Positions 23,109 to 24,000 of a stretch of DNA of 24,000 nt are shown here, one piece after another (positions within the stretch are counted from its first letter, which is position 1; every line of letters begins with the position of its first letter). The notes beneath the pieces were generated by a model. The model was not told where the DNA came from, did not search any database, and worked only from the letters and a program-made list of their open reading frames with translations. This DNA comes from Thauera sp. UBA6194 (GTDB taxonomy: Bacteria; Pseudomonadota; Gammaproteobacteria; Burkholderiales; Rhodocyclaceae). The position numbers and the translations under genes are program-made. Where the stretch lies: contig DITC01000022.1 in assembly GCA_002422685.1 (NCBI GenBank), positions 565-24,564 on the forward strand, written 5' to 3'.

Positions 23109-23156
23109 TGGTGCCGGCAATAGGAATCGAACCCACGACCTTCTGATTACAAATCA
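23109..23156 (-). repeat. att repeat within the intact tRNA-Thr
   Basis: 48/48 identical to 2..49. Confidence 0.95.
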
Positions 23157-23184
23157 GCTGCTCTACCAACTGAGCTATGCCGGC
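23109..23184 (-). tRNA. tRNA-Thr (anticodon UGU), CCA encoded
   Basis: The reverse complement folds by hand as a 76-nt cloverleaf: GCCGGCA-TA-GCTC-AGTTGGTA-GAGC-A-GCTGA-TTTGTAA-TCAGA-AGGTC-GTGGG-TTCGATT-CCTAT-TGCCGGC-ACCA. The anticodon loop is TT-TGT-AA. It closely resembles E. coli tRNA-Thr(UGU). Confidence 0.93.
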
Positions 23185-23195
23185 GAAGCGTCTGG

Positions 23196-23201
23196 ATTAT
23201 A
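23196..23201 (-). promoter_or_regulatory. Candidate -10 box (TATAAT) of the tRNA-Thr promoter
   Basis: A perfect TATAAT on the minus strand lies 11 nt upstream of the mature tRNA 5' end. The -35 is weak (aagaca with a 19-nt spacer). Confidence 0.4.
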
Positions 23202-23236
23202 GCGCAAGGCATTCACACAATGTCTTGCGCAAAAAA

Positions 23237-23277
23237 CTGTTTTTATATACAGTCCTTGGCACTGTATATAAAAACAC
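23237..23277. promoter_or_regulatory. Two tandem LexA-type SOS boxes (CTGT-N8-ACAG)
   Basis: Box 1, ctgtttttatatacag (23237..23252), is a perfect CTGT-N8-ACAG. Box 2, ctgtatataaaaacac (23262..23277), has one mismatch (ACAC). The two boxes are also inverted copies of each other and could form a 16-bp hairpin with a 9-nt loop. Confidence 0.6.
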
Positions 23278-23291
23278 GTGAGCAAACTTTC

Positions 23292-23465
23292 ATGGAAACA
23301 GCTCTCACCCGTACCCTGATGCCGCTTGGACTGCTCGCAGGCTTGATGCTTGCCACTGGCCATACTGGCGGCGCGCTGGCCGTGGCCGTCGCTGGCGGTG
23401 CATGCACCTGGATGACGCGGGCGGATGCACTCAAGCGGGACTTGCGTCGCCCACATCGAGCTTAA
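23292..23465 (+). CDS. Doubtful small hydrophobic protein (57 aa)
   Basis: Internal ATG 23292 of track ORF 23220..23465. Product: METALTRTLMPLGLLAGLMLATGHTGGALAVAVAGGACTWMTRADALKRDLRRPHRA, with one or two hydrophobic segments. No clear SD. It lies 15 nt downstream of SOS box 2, and its 3' end overlaps the ProQ-like gene 3' end. Confidence 0.3.
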   Translation: METALTRTLMPLGLLAGLMLATGHTGGALAVAVAGGACTWMTRADALKRDLRRPHRA

Positions 23466-23923
23466 CGACCGAACTTGTGCACAAGTTGCTGCAGCTTCTG
23501 CGCGTGTCGACGCTCGGCCTCTTCGGCCGCACGCTTTTCGCGCTGCTGGCGCGCGACTTCGGCAAAACGATCCTTGAGCGTAGCCGCTGCATGCTGGCGG
23601 TGTTCATCGGAGAGCTCGCCTACCGGGGCACCATCGAGATCATGACGATGCGTTCCGCGTTCGACTCCCTTGAGATATTTGGTGGAGGCCGTGTGCAAGC
23701 GTAGCGCCGTGCGCAGATTTTTGCGGTCGAAATCCGGAAAACGCTCGAGAATCGCGCCGTCGATCTTCAACGCCAAAGGCTTGTAATCACGAAACGTCGG
23801 GGATTCGGCCTGCAGCCGCTTGAGCATGGCACGCGGATCAAGCCTGGGCTTGGCTTGCACCGGTGCTGCTGCACCACTTGCGTCCGGCAGTTGGGCGTCG
23901 GTCGCAGTCTGTTCTGTAGTCAT
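23462..23923 (-). CDS. proQ: ProQ/FinO-family RNA-binding protein
   Basis: 153 aa. PTFRDYKPLALKIDGAILERFPDFDRKNLRTALRLHTASTKYLKGVERGTHRHDLDGAPVGELSDEH is the FinO/ProQ-domain pattern, followed by a basic helical tail. Chromosomal flank. Confidence 0.8.
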   Translation of the reverse strand: MTTEQTATDAQLPDASGAAAPVQAKPRLDPRAMLKRLQAESPTFRDYKPLALKIDGAILERFPDFDRKNLRTALRLHTASTKYLKGVERGTHRHDLDGAPVGELSDEHRQHAAATLKDRFAEVARQQREKRAAEEAERRHAQKLQQLVHKFGR

Positions 23924-24000
23924 CTTTGCAAGAACTTTGGATTCGGTATAAAACTCTGAGCAATGCAGAGACCTCTGCCGTCCGATCGATCTGATTCTGA

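Larger units (their letters stand above)
2..23156. mobile_element. Integrative genomic island (satellite-like or mobilisable) inserted in tRNA-Thr(UGU)
   Basis: Exact 48-bp direct repeats at 2..49 and 23109..23156, the latter inside an intact tRNA. A tyrosine integrase, AlpA-like HTH genes, arm-type repeats at both ends and a primase-helicase lie between them. Confidence 0.85.

Noticed and set aside
22660-23169. 169-aa minus-strand ORF spanning the att arm and running into the tRNA
   Set aside because: It begins inside the tRNA-Thr gene and reads through the tRNA terminator and arm repeats, so it is not a plausible gene.
23237-23277. The AT-rich inverted repeat as a plain bidirectional terminator
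   Set aside because: It is not adjacent to any gene's 3' end: the tRNA 5' end lies on one side and a putative start on the other. Each half independently matches CTGT-N8-ACAG. The hairpin reading is kept as the alternative in the finding.

Overview
GC-rich proteobacterial DNA. The LexA-box type and the ProQ/tRNA flank suggest a beta- or gammaproteobacterium, but this cannot be proven from the sequence. Almost the whole window is one ~23.1-kb integrative element inserted in a tRNA-Thr(UGU) gene. It is bracketed by an exact 48-bp copy of the tRNA 3' part (2..49) and by the intact tRNA (23109..23184, minus). From left to right the element carries the following. (1) A P4-type tyrosine integrase. 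(2) A convergent BRCT-domain protein. (3) An AlpA-type HTH gene heading an operon dominated by one 2,795-codon ORF (3139..11526). This ORF reads as a 'polyvalent' multidomain protein: a low-complexity N-terminus, two duplicated RadC-like JAB/MPN modules each followed by a degenerate JAB-like copy, an ART-like domain between them, and a C-terminal PLxRFG region with hydrophobic segments. Three tightly linked ORFans follow it. (4) A visibly lower-GC cargo block in which a Dcm-type m5C methyltransferase and Vsr sit tail-to-tail against an operon encoding a ParB/Srx-domain protein and a putative PD-(D/E)xK nuclease. This block is my top candidate for an undescribed defence or R-M-like system. (5) A divergent cI/Cro-like HTH pair with two palindromic operators. 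(6) A small P-loop protein. (7) An iteron and polypyrimidine origin-like region. (8) A minus-strand replication operon (HTH protein, small protein, Prim-Pol/PriCT/VirE-type primase-helicase). No capsid, packaging, relaxase or T4SS genes are visible, so the element looks like a satellite or mobilisable island. The right chromosomal flank holds a tRNA promoter, two tandem LexA-type SOS boxes, a doubtful small hydrophobic ORF and a ProQ/FinO-family gene. Many long antisense ORFs in the track are GC-driven shadows. All family assignments come from motif recognition by eye, not from database searches.
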